Assembly: GCF_030028105.1 (NCBI RefSeq)
Contig: NC_092383.1
Span: 87,625,921 to 87,689,920 of the forward strand
DNA length: 64,000 bases
Direction: 5' to 3'
DNA from: Mobula birostris
Taxonomy: Eukaryota
The notes below the pieces were generated by a model. It was not told the origin of the DNA and ran no database searches. It saw nothing but the letters and a program-made list of their open reading frames with translations. The position numbers and the translations under genes were made by a program. This document shows positions 1 through 11,300 of this stretch, piece by piece (position 1 is the first letter of the stretch; every line of letters starts with the position of its first letter).

Positions 1-670
1 TCCACATCAGAGTCTGTCCATTCTCCACTCTCGGGTTCAAACATTGCCAGCTCAGATCATTACCAGATTACAGCATGGAGTGAATTATGGATCACCTGAA
101 AGGTCCTGGTACAACACCTCCAAAGAACCTTGCAAAAGATTTTGAGGATTAGAAACAAAAGTACTAACACCAATGTAATGGAGGAGGACAAAATGAGCCA
201 CATTCCCACCATGATAGAGCAATGCCAAATCTGATGGATCTGGCATCTCACTTGAATGCCTAAATCATGACTCCCCCAAATAAATCCTTTATTCCAGTTG
301 ATGGAAGTTCAGCAAGCTACTCTTGGTGGACAAAGAACGTTTCCAATATCAACATCAGACTGAAGAAATTCAACATTACTTCTGAAAGCTGGGAAGACAT
401 TGTACTCAATAGAGATACCAGTAAGAAATCTGTTCAAGAGGGAGATGTGCTACATGAGAGCAACCTCCAGTGTGCTGCAGAGAACAAGCTGCAGCTGCCA
501 AAGGAGAGAATAGACGGTCAGAGAAACCAACCAGTAACCACAGCAACCACTTTCTTATGTCTACACTGCACTACGATATGTGGATCCCAGTTCGGCCTTT
601 GCAGCCACCTGAGGACCAGTGGACAACCAATTAGGAGAACGTCATGCTGGAATAGAGTGATCATACCGCT
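1..670 (+). mobile_element. RTE-clade LINE, decayed 3' end
   Basis: ORF 267..782 contains RTE C-terminal-like text (LKKFNITSESWEDIVLNR..KSVQEG) and a terminal C2H2-like finger (CLHCTTICGSQFGLCSHLRT); upstream frames are broken by stops. Confidence 0.7.
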
Positions 671-714
671 TGCTCCTCAAACAGAATATGATACACCTGC
701 TATCATCCCTCTAA

Positions 715-1330
715 GTTTAATATCACCTACATATGTCATGAAATTTGTTGTCTTTGCAGCAGCAGTTCAATGCAATACGTAGTAAAAGATAAAAAAAAAG
801 GTGAATTATAGTAAATATATATGAAGTTAAATTAAATAAGAAGTGCAAAAATAGAAGCAAAAAGTAGTGTGGTAGTGTTCTTGGGTTCAATGTCCATTCG
901 GAAATCAGATGGCAGAGCTCAAGGAGCTGATATACCTCCCTCCTGTATGCCCTCTCATCACCATCTGAAGTACTGCCAACAATAGTCTTCTGATCAGCAA
1001 ATTTATAGATGGCACTTGTACACTGCCTAGCCACACAGTCCTGGGTGTAGAGACAGTAGATCAGTGGTCTAAGCACATATCCCTGAGGTGCGTCAGTGTT
1101 GATTGGCAGCGAGGTGGAGATGTTATTTCCAATCCGCACAGATTGTGGTCTTCCAGTTCAGAAGTTGAGGATACATTTGCAGAGGGAGGTACAGAGTCCA
1201 ACACTCTGGAGCTTTTCAATCAGAACTGTAGAAATGAGTGTGTTAGACACGGAGCTGTAGTCAATGAACAGCATCCTGACCGAGGTATTTGTATTGTCCA
1301 GGTGATCCAAATATCATCTCTGCAATTACC
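715..1330 (-). mobile_element. Rex1/Babar-type LINE fragment (RT plus 3' tail, internally deleted)
   Basis: ORF 723..1139(-) has DAPQGYVLRPLIYCLYTQDC..IYKFADQ..DERAYRREV. The tail motif gtcatgaaatttgttg recurs at ~7590 and ~14815. Confidence 0.75.
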
Positions 1331-1489
1331 CTGGCAAGGCTCAGCAGGATTTTGTATATTTCAGTCTGATCATCTGACATTCTTCAATGGTCTGGAGTAG
1401 ATGGTTCCAGTTAGGCACTAAAACATAGCCATCAGTCTCTGAATCATAGTTACACTCTCTCTGTTATGTGATATGCAAACCAGTATGCA

Positions 1490-1940
1490 AGACAAGGCAC
1501 TACGATAAGGAGAGCCAGCTCCTGCCCATTCAATAAGCTCCTTCTCTACACGCTCCTAATGAATCCAGATGAACGACAGAAACCGATACAGCTTGGCACC
1601 GGTGGCAGCAGAGTTCTTGATACTCAGCCTTGAAAGCAACTTTGGACTGCTGTAGGGACTCCAGCTCTGGATTTTCCCTTCTCCTAGATGAGCTGCTAAC
1701 CATGGCTGATGAGCACCATCTGCCCAGAGCAACCGGCTTAAGATGTCGCTAACCTGCCTCTGTCACTTCTCCTGTCAGTAGAAACAGTTCGGCTGGGCGT
1801 AGTCGCTAAGCCGTACGTGAAGGCCGGGAGCTGTACTGGGTTGTCAGAGTCTATTTGAGACACACACCATTGGGAGCATTTAATCGGTGATATGACCTTA
1901 TCCCTGCAGCCCCCCACTCCTGGCTATAATGACCTTAAGG
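1490..1940. mobile_element. Probable RTE-derived non-autonomous element (5'UTR-like)
   Basis: Contains ttcccttctcctagatgagctgctaaccatggctgatgag, resembling antisense RTE 5'UTR motifs; recognised by eye only. Confidence 0.35.
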
Positions 1941-2041
1941 ATCCAAAGGTTCACATTACAGGTGTGACCCATACAGGGTCTTCTACTGTGTCACAATGAT
2001 AAACCACATTTGTTTCTGTAATTTCAATATTTCTCCCTCAG

Positions 2042-2362
2042 TTTCAAGTGCATTGTGGGCGAAAGAATCTGTAAGAGGAGTTGTGGGAAGAGCGATCACA
2101 ATCAATTGTCACTATGAAGCAATGTACCGCTCACACACAAAGTACTGGTGCCCTAGTAGGAATCAACAATGTTCAGATTTAGTGGAAACAAATGGGCAAC
2201 ACGGACTGAGTGGACGAGTGTCAATCACAGATAACCCGGAACAGGGAATATTTACTGTTACTATGGAGAATCTTCGCTCTTGAGATACAGGATGGTACGG
2301 CTGTGGAATCACAGATAAAAGTCCCGATCCAAGATTTTATGTTTATCTACAAGTAATTGATA
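2042..2362 (+). pseudogene. Gene 1 Ig-V exon 1 with in-frame nonsense codon
   Basis: Acceptor ctccctcag|, donor |gtaggt, 321 nt, phase 1-1. Reads VSSALWA...ITINC...KYWCPSRNQQC...MENLRS*DTGWYGCG. TGA at 2281-2283 aligns with CGA (Arg) in V2. Confidence 0.85.
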
Positions 2363-5300
2363 GTAGGTTTCTCAGTGACTGATTTTGTGCTTTTTAAGTT
2401 ATTTGCTTGCATTAAATTCTTCTTTTCCATCAAATCTGAAAATGCCTCTCTCAGTTTCAGGTGCATTGTGGGCAGAGAAATATTTAAGAGGAGTTGTGGG
2501 AAGAGCGATCACAATCGATTGTTACTATGAAGCAAAGTACCGCTCACACACAAAGTATTGGTGCCATGGATGGACTCTCCAATGTTCAGTTTTAGTGGAA
2601 ACAAATGGGCAGTACGGACGGAGTGGACGAGTGTCAATCACAGATAACCCAGAAGAGGGAATATTTACTGTTACTATGGAGGATGTTCACTCTCGAGATA
2701 CAGGACGGTACAGCTGTGGAATTACAACACCAGGTGCCAATCCGATGTTTAGTGTATATCTACAAGTATCCAATGGTAGGTTTCCAGCTGTTAGATGTGT
2801 GCTCCCATTAAACTGTATGATCCATGTTTTCTCTGGGAGGGGTCAGGACAGCAAGGATACCCTGAAGTGCTGAATCCTGTGGGGAGTGGGCTGGGGTCGA
2901 GAAACCCCATTCCTGTTGCTCTCATCCAGTGCAGCGTCTGACCCTCTGACAGGACACCGGAGGCTCAGCACATTTTCCTGCCTCTGAACTGTACGAAATG
3001 TCACCCTGTCAGAGGTTTACATTCAGACTAAAACTAATAATTCAACAATAACAGATCAGTGAGACACAAGTGTTACTCATGGTCTATATGCCTCAAAGAT
3101 ACCAAGTCCCCTTGCACCTCTGATTTTGAATTATCTCACCATTCAGAAGAGACGTTTATTCCTCCTACCAAAGTGCATGACCATACAGTTCTCTCACAAT
3201 ATTCCATCTGACACTTTCTTCTCCATTCTCCCAATCTGACTAAGTCCTGCTACAGGCTCCATGCTGCCACAACACTTATCTGTCCTTCCACCTATCTTTG
3301 TACCACCTGCAAACCTGCTCACAAAGCCATCAACTCTGTCAAATAATTCGTCTGTATGTAATGTGGAAAGAAGCGGTCACAATACTGAAACCACTCGTCA
3401 CCAGCAGCCAGTGTCCTGTGAGTCTGTCCAGGGAACCCTTCGCATTCAGTACACGTGGTACGAAAACATCCCACCTGTCAATTCAAAACTGTCAGACACA
3501 AATAATCTGAATCTACATAATCAGTCCTTCAAGCATCATCACCATTAATGCTTTTGCACAGCTTCAAATAATCTTGGAGCAAATTCCAGTGAAATGATCC
3601 TTATGATTGTCACCAACAGAGCAGGGATCTTATTCATGTGACAGATGTCAACATCCAACAGTTTTGCTTCCAGATGGCTGCTAACCTTGTCCTTGGGGCT
3701 GATGGTCATGGGCTTCTGTGTAACTTGTCCAGGGAGTAGTCTTCTGCCGGTGGTGATGAGAGAGACTGTTGCTTGCTTAATAATATATTGGGCTGTTCTT
3801 TTAGGTTGCTGTTTGTGTTGCAGCAGCGATTTCCCCCTGCCTCAGGTTGTGGTAAATGTTTGACATGAGAATAGTTGTCACTCTCTGAAACGTGTGGCCT
3901 CTGACACCCTCTTCTCATCGCAGTATTGCTTTGTTGTGTGAAGTTACATTGCTGCTTTCTGCTTAAGATCTTTTATTCAGTGAGACACTACCAATGCCCA
4001 ATTTCTCTCAATTAGGATGCATTGAAAGCAGGCATGGAATCTCATGGAAAATGGACTTAAAACTTTGTCAATATTATCAAAGTTCAAAGTAAAATTTATT
4101 ATCAGAGTACATACATGTCACCACATACAATCATGAGAATCTTTTTCTGCAGGCATAATTAGCAAATCTATAACACAGTCACTATTAACAGGATCTGTAA
4201 ACTGTAAACCTCAGGAACTGTATACTGTAAACAAACTGTGCAAACGCAGATATAAATAAATAGCAAGAAATAACGAGCAGGAAGTGACAAGATAAAAGCG
4301 TCCTTAAATGAGTGTAGCTATTCCCTTTTGTTCAAGAGCCTGATGGTTGAGGTGTAATAACTGCTCTTCAACGTGGTGGTGCCAGGCCTGAGGCTCTTGT
4401 CCCTTCTACCTGATGGCAGCAGTGAGAAGACTGTATGGCGTGGGCTGGTGAGAATCTTTGATGATGGAGGCTGATGATGGAGACTGGAGACTGCAGATGC
4501 TGGAATCTGGAGCAACAAAATATCTGCCAGATGAACTCAGCCCGTCGAGCAGCATCTGTCGGTGGAAAGAAAGTGTCGACTTTTCCGGTTGAAACCCTTG
4601 CAAAGCTGGAAATTCCCCAGTGTTTGCATAGAATTAAATACAATTTGTCTTCTCAATATTCCAGGCCCCTTAACAGCCCCAATGACATTTCAGCATCACC
4701 AGTGCTGAGAAATAGGAAGGAAATGAAAATTATCAGTAAATGTAAAGAAATAGAAATTATCAGTAAACTTAATCATTTGCAGTCAAAGGTTCAAACAGGC
4801 CCTTCAGCCTTATGAGTCATCTTATGTTCATATACTCCTGCACCTAGTATCACTTATGTACAGGTAATATCTTATTTATATATGGCCACACTCAACAGTT
4901 ACATAATAATATTAATAATAATAACTTATTTATAGATCATTTTCATATAGACGATATTGTTCAAAGTGCTTTGCAATGGGATAAAGTGCAAACATAAAAT
5001 TTAAAAAAAAGATGTTACTTAAAAGCAAGTTTAAATAAAATAGGTTTTGAGCTGATGTTTTAAAGTGTCAACTGATTCTGCATCCCTTATAGCTTTCGGC
5101 ATTGAGTTCCACAGTTCAGGAGCGTAGTTCAAAAAAGATGCCCTGTCATTTATCTTTTATGGGATATTGTTTAAGTCTAAGAAACTTGTACATAGTATTT
5201 TATACGATTGCTTTTTCATTTATATTTATTATGTTTATTATGCTCATTGTGTTTTTTTTTGATTTTGCATCAGACCCAGAGTAACAATCATTTTGTTCTC

Positions 5301-8300
5301 CTTTGCACTTGTATACTGAAGAATGACAATAAACAACCTTGAATCTTGAATGCGGCCAGCAGCATCTCTCATTTGCTGCACTTACACTGAAGAAATATCT
5401 CTACATCCGTGAAACCAATCAACTCTTTACTCAGGGCAAGAATTTTGCTCTATCTTCAATTGAAATGCAATTGAAGCTGAATTTAACTCCCAAATCTCAG
5501 TAAGAGTTGAATATACTTCTCCATCTTTACAGCTGAACAAACAACTACACAATCCACAAATACAGTGGAGAAGTCCAAGAATGAGGAAAACCATCAAGCA
5601 AAAAGGTATACTGTTCTCAAAACTGTTTTAGACGTGAAAGATGTTTGATAGGTTTATTGAATTTGGTTTCCTAATACCTACTACATATGAAGGGGTTGAC
5701 TTTAATCAAACTAACTGGCGGGTGAGACAACAGCCAATGTTCTTATGCAAGCTTCAAGCTAGAGTTCCAGAGGGAACCCCCTACCATTTTTATGCCTTGG
5801 ACCTCTACCATTAACAGACGGGTCTGTGGACCCCAGGTTTGGAACCCCTACCTTAAACACTTTGCAGTATTTTAAACATATAACATTATTTTGAAAGGCA
5901 GCTCAGCAAAATGAAATGGCACTAGGTTTGTATTATCTTTGTTACATTTTTCATTGTGAAATAAGAACAAGTTCCTCCAAATATCACCACTCAAAGACTA
6001 GTCCCTGTAGTTTCCACCATGACCATTCTATCACTAATATCATCCCATGGTGTGACATTAATTGTGTTTACCAAGCAGTAACACTCTTTTAGCTTGTTGT
6101 GGGACTGATTGGACAGCTCTTATCAAATTACAAAGTCAAGGCAAGGATCTTGATATCAATTGTGAACAACACTTTGAGGGTGGTGAAGGTCTCAACATGG
6201 GTCAACACAACTGCAGGAACCATCAAGTCATTGAGTCAAAAGGGCCCTTCAGCCCATCTGATCTATGCCAGGCAAGATGAATGAATGAATGAAATGAAAT
6301 ATCTTTATTGTCATTGCACAGTACAATTTGTCATGCACCAATACAGCGAAAATGAGTTTGCAACTCTCGTACTCAATGCTATAAAACAGCAAATAAAATA
6401 AATAAACAATAAATAAAATCAAGTAACCAGCCAGTACAAGCAATGTCCAGCAGTACAAAAGCGCAACTCAGATGCATGACAGCCATAAAACCAGTATTAA
6501 AGTAGCAATATAACAAATTTATGGATAATGCTTGATCAATTGATTAGAGCAATTATAGTTCTGAGGTAAAAAGCTATTTTTTAGTCTGGAAGTCCGGGCA
6601 TAGAAAATCTTATAACGTCTGCCAGTTGGAAGAAGTTCAAGCAGATGATTGCATGGGTGTGTATTGTCCTTACAGATGCTTGTAGCTTTCCTTAGGCAGC
6701 GTGATCGTGAGATTTAAGCTAGTCGCATGTTTAGCCCATGTCCCTCTAAATCTTTGCTATTATCAAGTCATAGTGTCATAGAGAAGTACAGCACAGAATT
6801 AGGCCCATTGGCCCATTTAGTTCATGCTGAACCCATTTAAACTGCCTACTCCCTTCAACCTGCCCCAGGACCATAGCCCTACATATCCCTACAATCCTGT
6901 CCTAACTTCTCCTAAATGTTGAAATGGAGCTCGCATGCACCTTTAAAATGTTGTTAATGTATCTGTCACAACCACCTCCTCTGGCAGCTGATTCCCTATA
7001 TTGACCATCCCCGGATCAAAATCTTGTTCCTTAGGTTTCTGTTAAATCTCTTCCTTCTCAGCTTAATCCTATGCCCTCTAGTTCATGATTCCCCAACCCT
7101 GGGGCTAATAATAAGGCATCCGTTAGTCTTGTGAGACCATGGATCTGCGCCTGGAAAATCTTCACTCTCCAGGGCGCAGGCCTGGGCGAGGTTGTATGGA
7201 AGACCGGCAGTTGCCCATGCTGCAAGTCTCCCCCCTCCACGACACCGATATTGTCCAAGGGAAGGGCATTAGGACCCATACAGCTTTGCACCAGTGTCGT
7301 CGCAGAACAATGTGTGGTTAAGTGCCTTGCTCAAGGACACAACACGTTCCCTCGGCTGGGGCTCGAACTCATGACCTTTGGGTCACTAGTCGAACGCCTT
7401 AACCACTTGGCCACGTGCCCACAACCCTGGGGATAAAGACTGTATTAATGCTACTGACCCTATTTAGAGGAGTCTAATCAGCTACAGTCAATGTTTTAAT
7501 TACATCTCTGTCCACTCTACCATCAAATTTATGGACTGCCCATGAAGCCAGAATAAGAATCAGAAACACGTTTAATATCATTGGTTTATGTCATGAAATT
7601 TGTTATTTTGCAACAGCAGTACATTGCAATACATAATAATAAAAACTATAAATTACAATAAGAAATATATATATATAAGATAAATTAGTACAAAAAGAAA
7701 GAGCAGAAAAGATAGTGAACCATGAATATTACCTCATTATTTGCCTTTTGCACTATTTATTTACTGAGTATTATAGTCATTTTCAGGGTGGCATGACAGC
7801 ATTGTGGTTAGCACAGGAGATGTGGGTTCAATTCCCACTACAGCTTGTAAGGACTTTGTACATTCTCCCCATGACTGCGTGGGTTTCCTTTGGGTGCTGC
7901 GGTGCCCTCCCACAGTCCAAAGACATATCAGTTGGTAGGTTAATTGGTCATTGTAAATTGTCCCATGATTAGGCTAGGATTAAATTGGGAGTTGCTGGAC
8001 GGCATGGCTCTAATTGCCGGAAGGACCCTTCCGTACTGTATCTCAATAAATAAAAGTATTTAAATAAATTATGTATTACACTGTACTGCTGCCACAAACA
8101 ACACATTTCATGACATGTGTTGTGTATTTAATATTTCAGTAATATTTGAGGAATCTTGTATATACTTTATATTGTTTGATTAAGCATTCTTTGTTGTTCA
8201 TATAATTCAATATGTTGTATGCAAATTACATGAATTGCCTACGTCATCGCGCCACCTCATGATACGTGTGAGCCTCACCTAATGTAAACACAAAGTTAGA

Positions 8301-11300
8301 ATCACATTTCAATCTCCCGTCTTTTTCTTTTAATTAGTTTAATGTTCTGGAGTTACAAAGCACAACAGCATAGCAGTGATGATAATCTTGATTCTACTTC
8401 TCATTCTGCCATTCATGATTTTATACACCTCTAAAATCACATCTCACCCTCTTATGCTCCGTTGGAAAAGTGCCAATCTGTTCAATTTCTCTCCATAACT
8501 CAGTTCCTTGAGTCTTGGCAACATTCTTGTAAGTCTCCTCTACTCTCTTTCCAGTGTAATAGCATCTTTCCTTTTGCAGGGTCACTAAAACTGAACACAA
8601 GTTTTCCAAAATGTAGTCTCATCAATGTCTTATGCAAGTGCAACATAATATCCCAATCTCCAAACTCAATGTATGAACAAAGAAAGCCAATATGCCAAAA
8701 ACCTTCTTCACCACTCTGCCTATTTATAACACCACTTTCAGGGAATATCAAGGATAAAGAGGGGCAAATTTTCTTGGATTTTGGAGGGTGAGTATCCTAC
8801 ATCAGTAAAGACCAAAGAGAAAGATGTGGAGGATAGGAAAAATAGTGCTGAGCAATCTCGTTGTCTTGAGCAATAACAAAAAAGTTCTATTCTATTCTAA
8901 TATGGAGGGGCATTTTGAAGTAGAGTAAGTGGAGGTCAATGACCTGGCCTCCATAGTCACCTGTGACAATGAATACCACATTCACCAACCTCTGGCTAAA
9001 GAAATTCCTCCTCATCTCCGTTCTGAATGGACGTCCTTCTATTTTGAGGCTGTGTCCTTTGATCCTAGTCTCATTCACTAAAAGAAACATCCTCTCCACA
9101 TCGACATTATCAAAACATTTCAAAATTTGATAGGTTTCAATGAGATTCCACCTCCCACCCCCAATTCTTCTAAATTCCAGCAAGTACAGGCCCAAGGCTA
9201 TTTGATTACTAATTTGGTACAATATTCATTTCAGGAGGATATAGAAAACAAGGATGTGATGCTGAGGATTCATAAGGCATTTGTGAGGCCGCACTTGGAG
9301 TATTATTAGCAGTGTTGGCCCCTTATTTAACAAATAATGTACTGTCATTGGAGAGGGTTCAGAGGAGGTTCCAGGAATGAAAGGGCTTGTTCCAGTATTA
9401 TACTGCTCTATGTGCTATATTCTATCTCTTCACAATGCATTCCGAGGAAGAGAGTACTGGTAATAAGTCCACACTTTTAGCAAGAGGTCATATCATTACA
9501 TAAAGTTACATAAGTGACATAGCGCAGAAAGAGACCACTTGGTTTAACCCTTTCATGCTGTGCTTTTAAACCCCTCAGAAGTGCTCATCTTACTCCCTCA
9601 AATACATGACCAGTTTTTCCTTAAACACATCCATACATTCCTTAAATACATTGCCACCACTTCCCTGTGACAGTGAGTTCCACATTCTCTCCATTCTCAG
9701 GGTAGTGAAATTCTGGTGTAATGAATATTGGACCCGTAGATTCTGCCAGAGATGGGACACACTAGTTGTGTGTCAATCTCACCTAGTCCCTCAACACCAC
9801 CTCCTTACTCAAGGAAGCACAGCAGCATCTCTATTTCCTGAGGAGACTGAGATGAGTGAGACCCCACCCATTCTAACCAATTTTTGCATTAACACTTTTG
9901 AGAGTGTCCTCACTAGCTGCATCACCATTTGATATGAGAATTGCAAGGCATCTGATCACAAGACACAACCAGGGATTGTAAGAGCTGCTGAGAGGATTAT
10001 CAGGGTCACTTTTCCACCCATCGGAGATGTTTATCAGGGCCTTATTGTTGTCAAGGAACCCTCTCTTTCATCCCATAACTTTTTTGACCTGCTACCATCA
10101 GACAGGAGACAAGGGCTGTTCAGATTGGAAAAAAACTTCTTCCCCTAGGCTGTAAGATGCTGAACTCCCTACCACCACCCAGGTCTCATTACATGTAAAG
10201 TGCGTTGGTGCGTGGCCAAGTGGTTAGGGCATCGGTCTAGTGATTTGAAGGTCACTAGTTCGAGCCTCAGCTGAGGCAATGTGTTGTGTCCTTGAGCAAG
10301 GCACCTAAACACACATTGCTCTGTGACAACACTGGTGCCAAGCTGTATGGGTCCTAATGCCCTTCCCTTGGACAACATCAGTAGCGTGGTGAGGGGAGAC
10401 TTGCAGCATGGGCAACTGCCGGTCTTCCATACAACCTTGCCCAGGCCTCAGTCAACATTGAAATTGATGGACAGCCGAAGAGAGAAAGAAGAGACATGTA
10501 AGGTGCCAGTAGCATTGCCCTGTTTACTTCTTAACGTTTGTTTTAAATGCACCTTGTGCTAAAGTCAATCTTCTGGAATGTATTTTATTATTTGTTCATG
10601 TATTTGTGGTTATATTGTGTTGTGTGTGAGTGAGATGTACTGTGTGTGAACCTTGGTCCAAAGGAACATTGTTTTGTTTGGTGGTATACATGTACAGGGT
10701 TGAATGACAATAAACCTGAACTTGAGAAGCATAGTTTGTTGCAAACATGGACTAGGACAGTGCAGCCACTGGAGAGAGAGAGAGAGAGCAGGTAAGTTTA
10801 TTGACAGGATACAGAGCCTTTTGACAGTGTGGGTTCACCCTTAACATCGCTGATCTGATAAATGCCCCTGGATGTCAACCAGATGAGTGTATTTACTTTA
10901 CCGTGATAACTATGTACAGCAAGTTCCCAGAAACAACACTATGATAATGACCAGATGACAAAATAACCAAAACTATGCATTCTAACTGCTACATGGACAC
11001 CCCTTTATATAAATCTGACCATGAGGAGCTGATGGACATACCATTATTATCATACACAAAACTCTTGCAGTCATAGAGCGCTACAGCATGTAAACAGGCC
11101 CTTCAGTATATCTGGTCTATGCTGGCCTATGTTTCTGATTAGTCTCTTCTACCTACACCTGGAACATAGCACTCCATGCCTTTCTCATCTTATGTACCTA
11201 TCCAAACCTCCCTAAACAACTGAACCCATTTCTACCACTTCCACTGGCATCTTACTTCGCACTCGCACCACCCTCTGAGTGAGCAAGTTCCCCCTCAGAT

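Noticed and set aside
60-251. Hydrophobic minus-strand ORF resembling a TM peptide
   Set aside because: It is the antisense reading of the RTE LINE remnant.
1-2041. Leader exon for gene 1
   Set aside because: No ATG-hydrophobic-phase-1 donor combination was found; the region is mostly repeat-derived, so the leader probably lies upstream of the window.
3261-3548. Ser/Thr/Pro-rich ORF as a mucin stalk exon of gene 1
   Set aside because: No convincing phase-1 acceptor and donor pair; lies among decayed LINE fragments; 5533-5605 fits better.
3645-3863. Hydrophobic ORF as an alternative TM exon of gene 1
   Set aside because: The AG at 3643-3644 in phase 1 gives a different frame that stops at TAG; the hydrophobic frame is not splice-compatible.
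5760-5852. Charlie-like hAT MITE (related fragment at ~55108-55180)
   Set aside because: One TIR-like end (AGGGGTTCC(A/C)AACC) is clear but the other end and a TSD could not be established.
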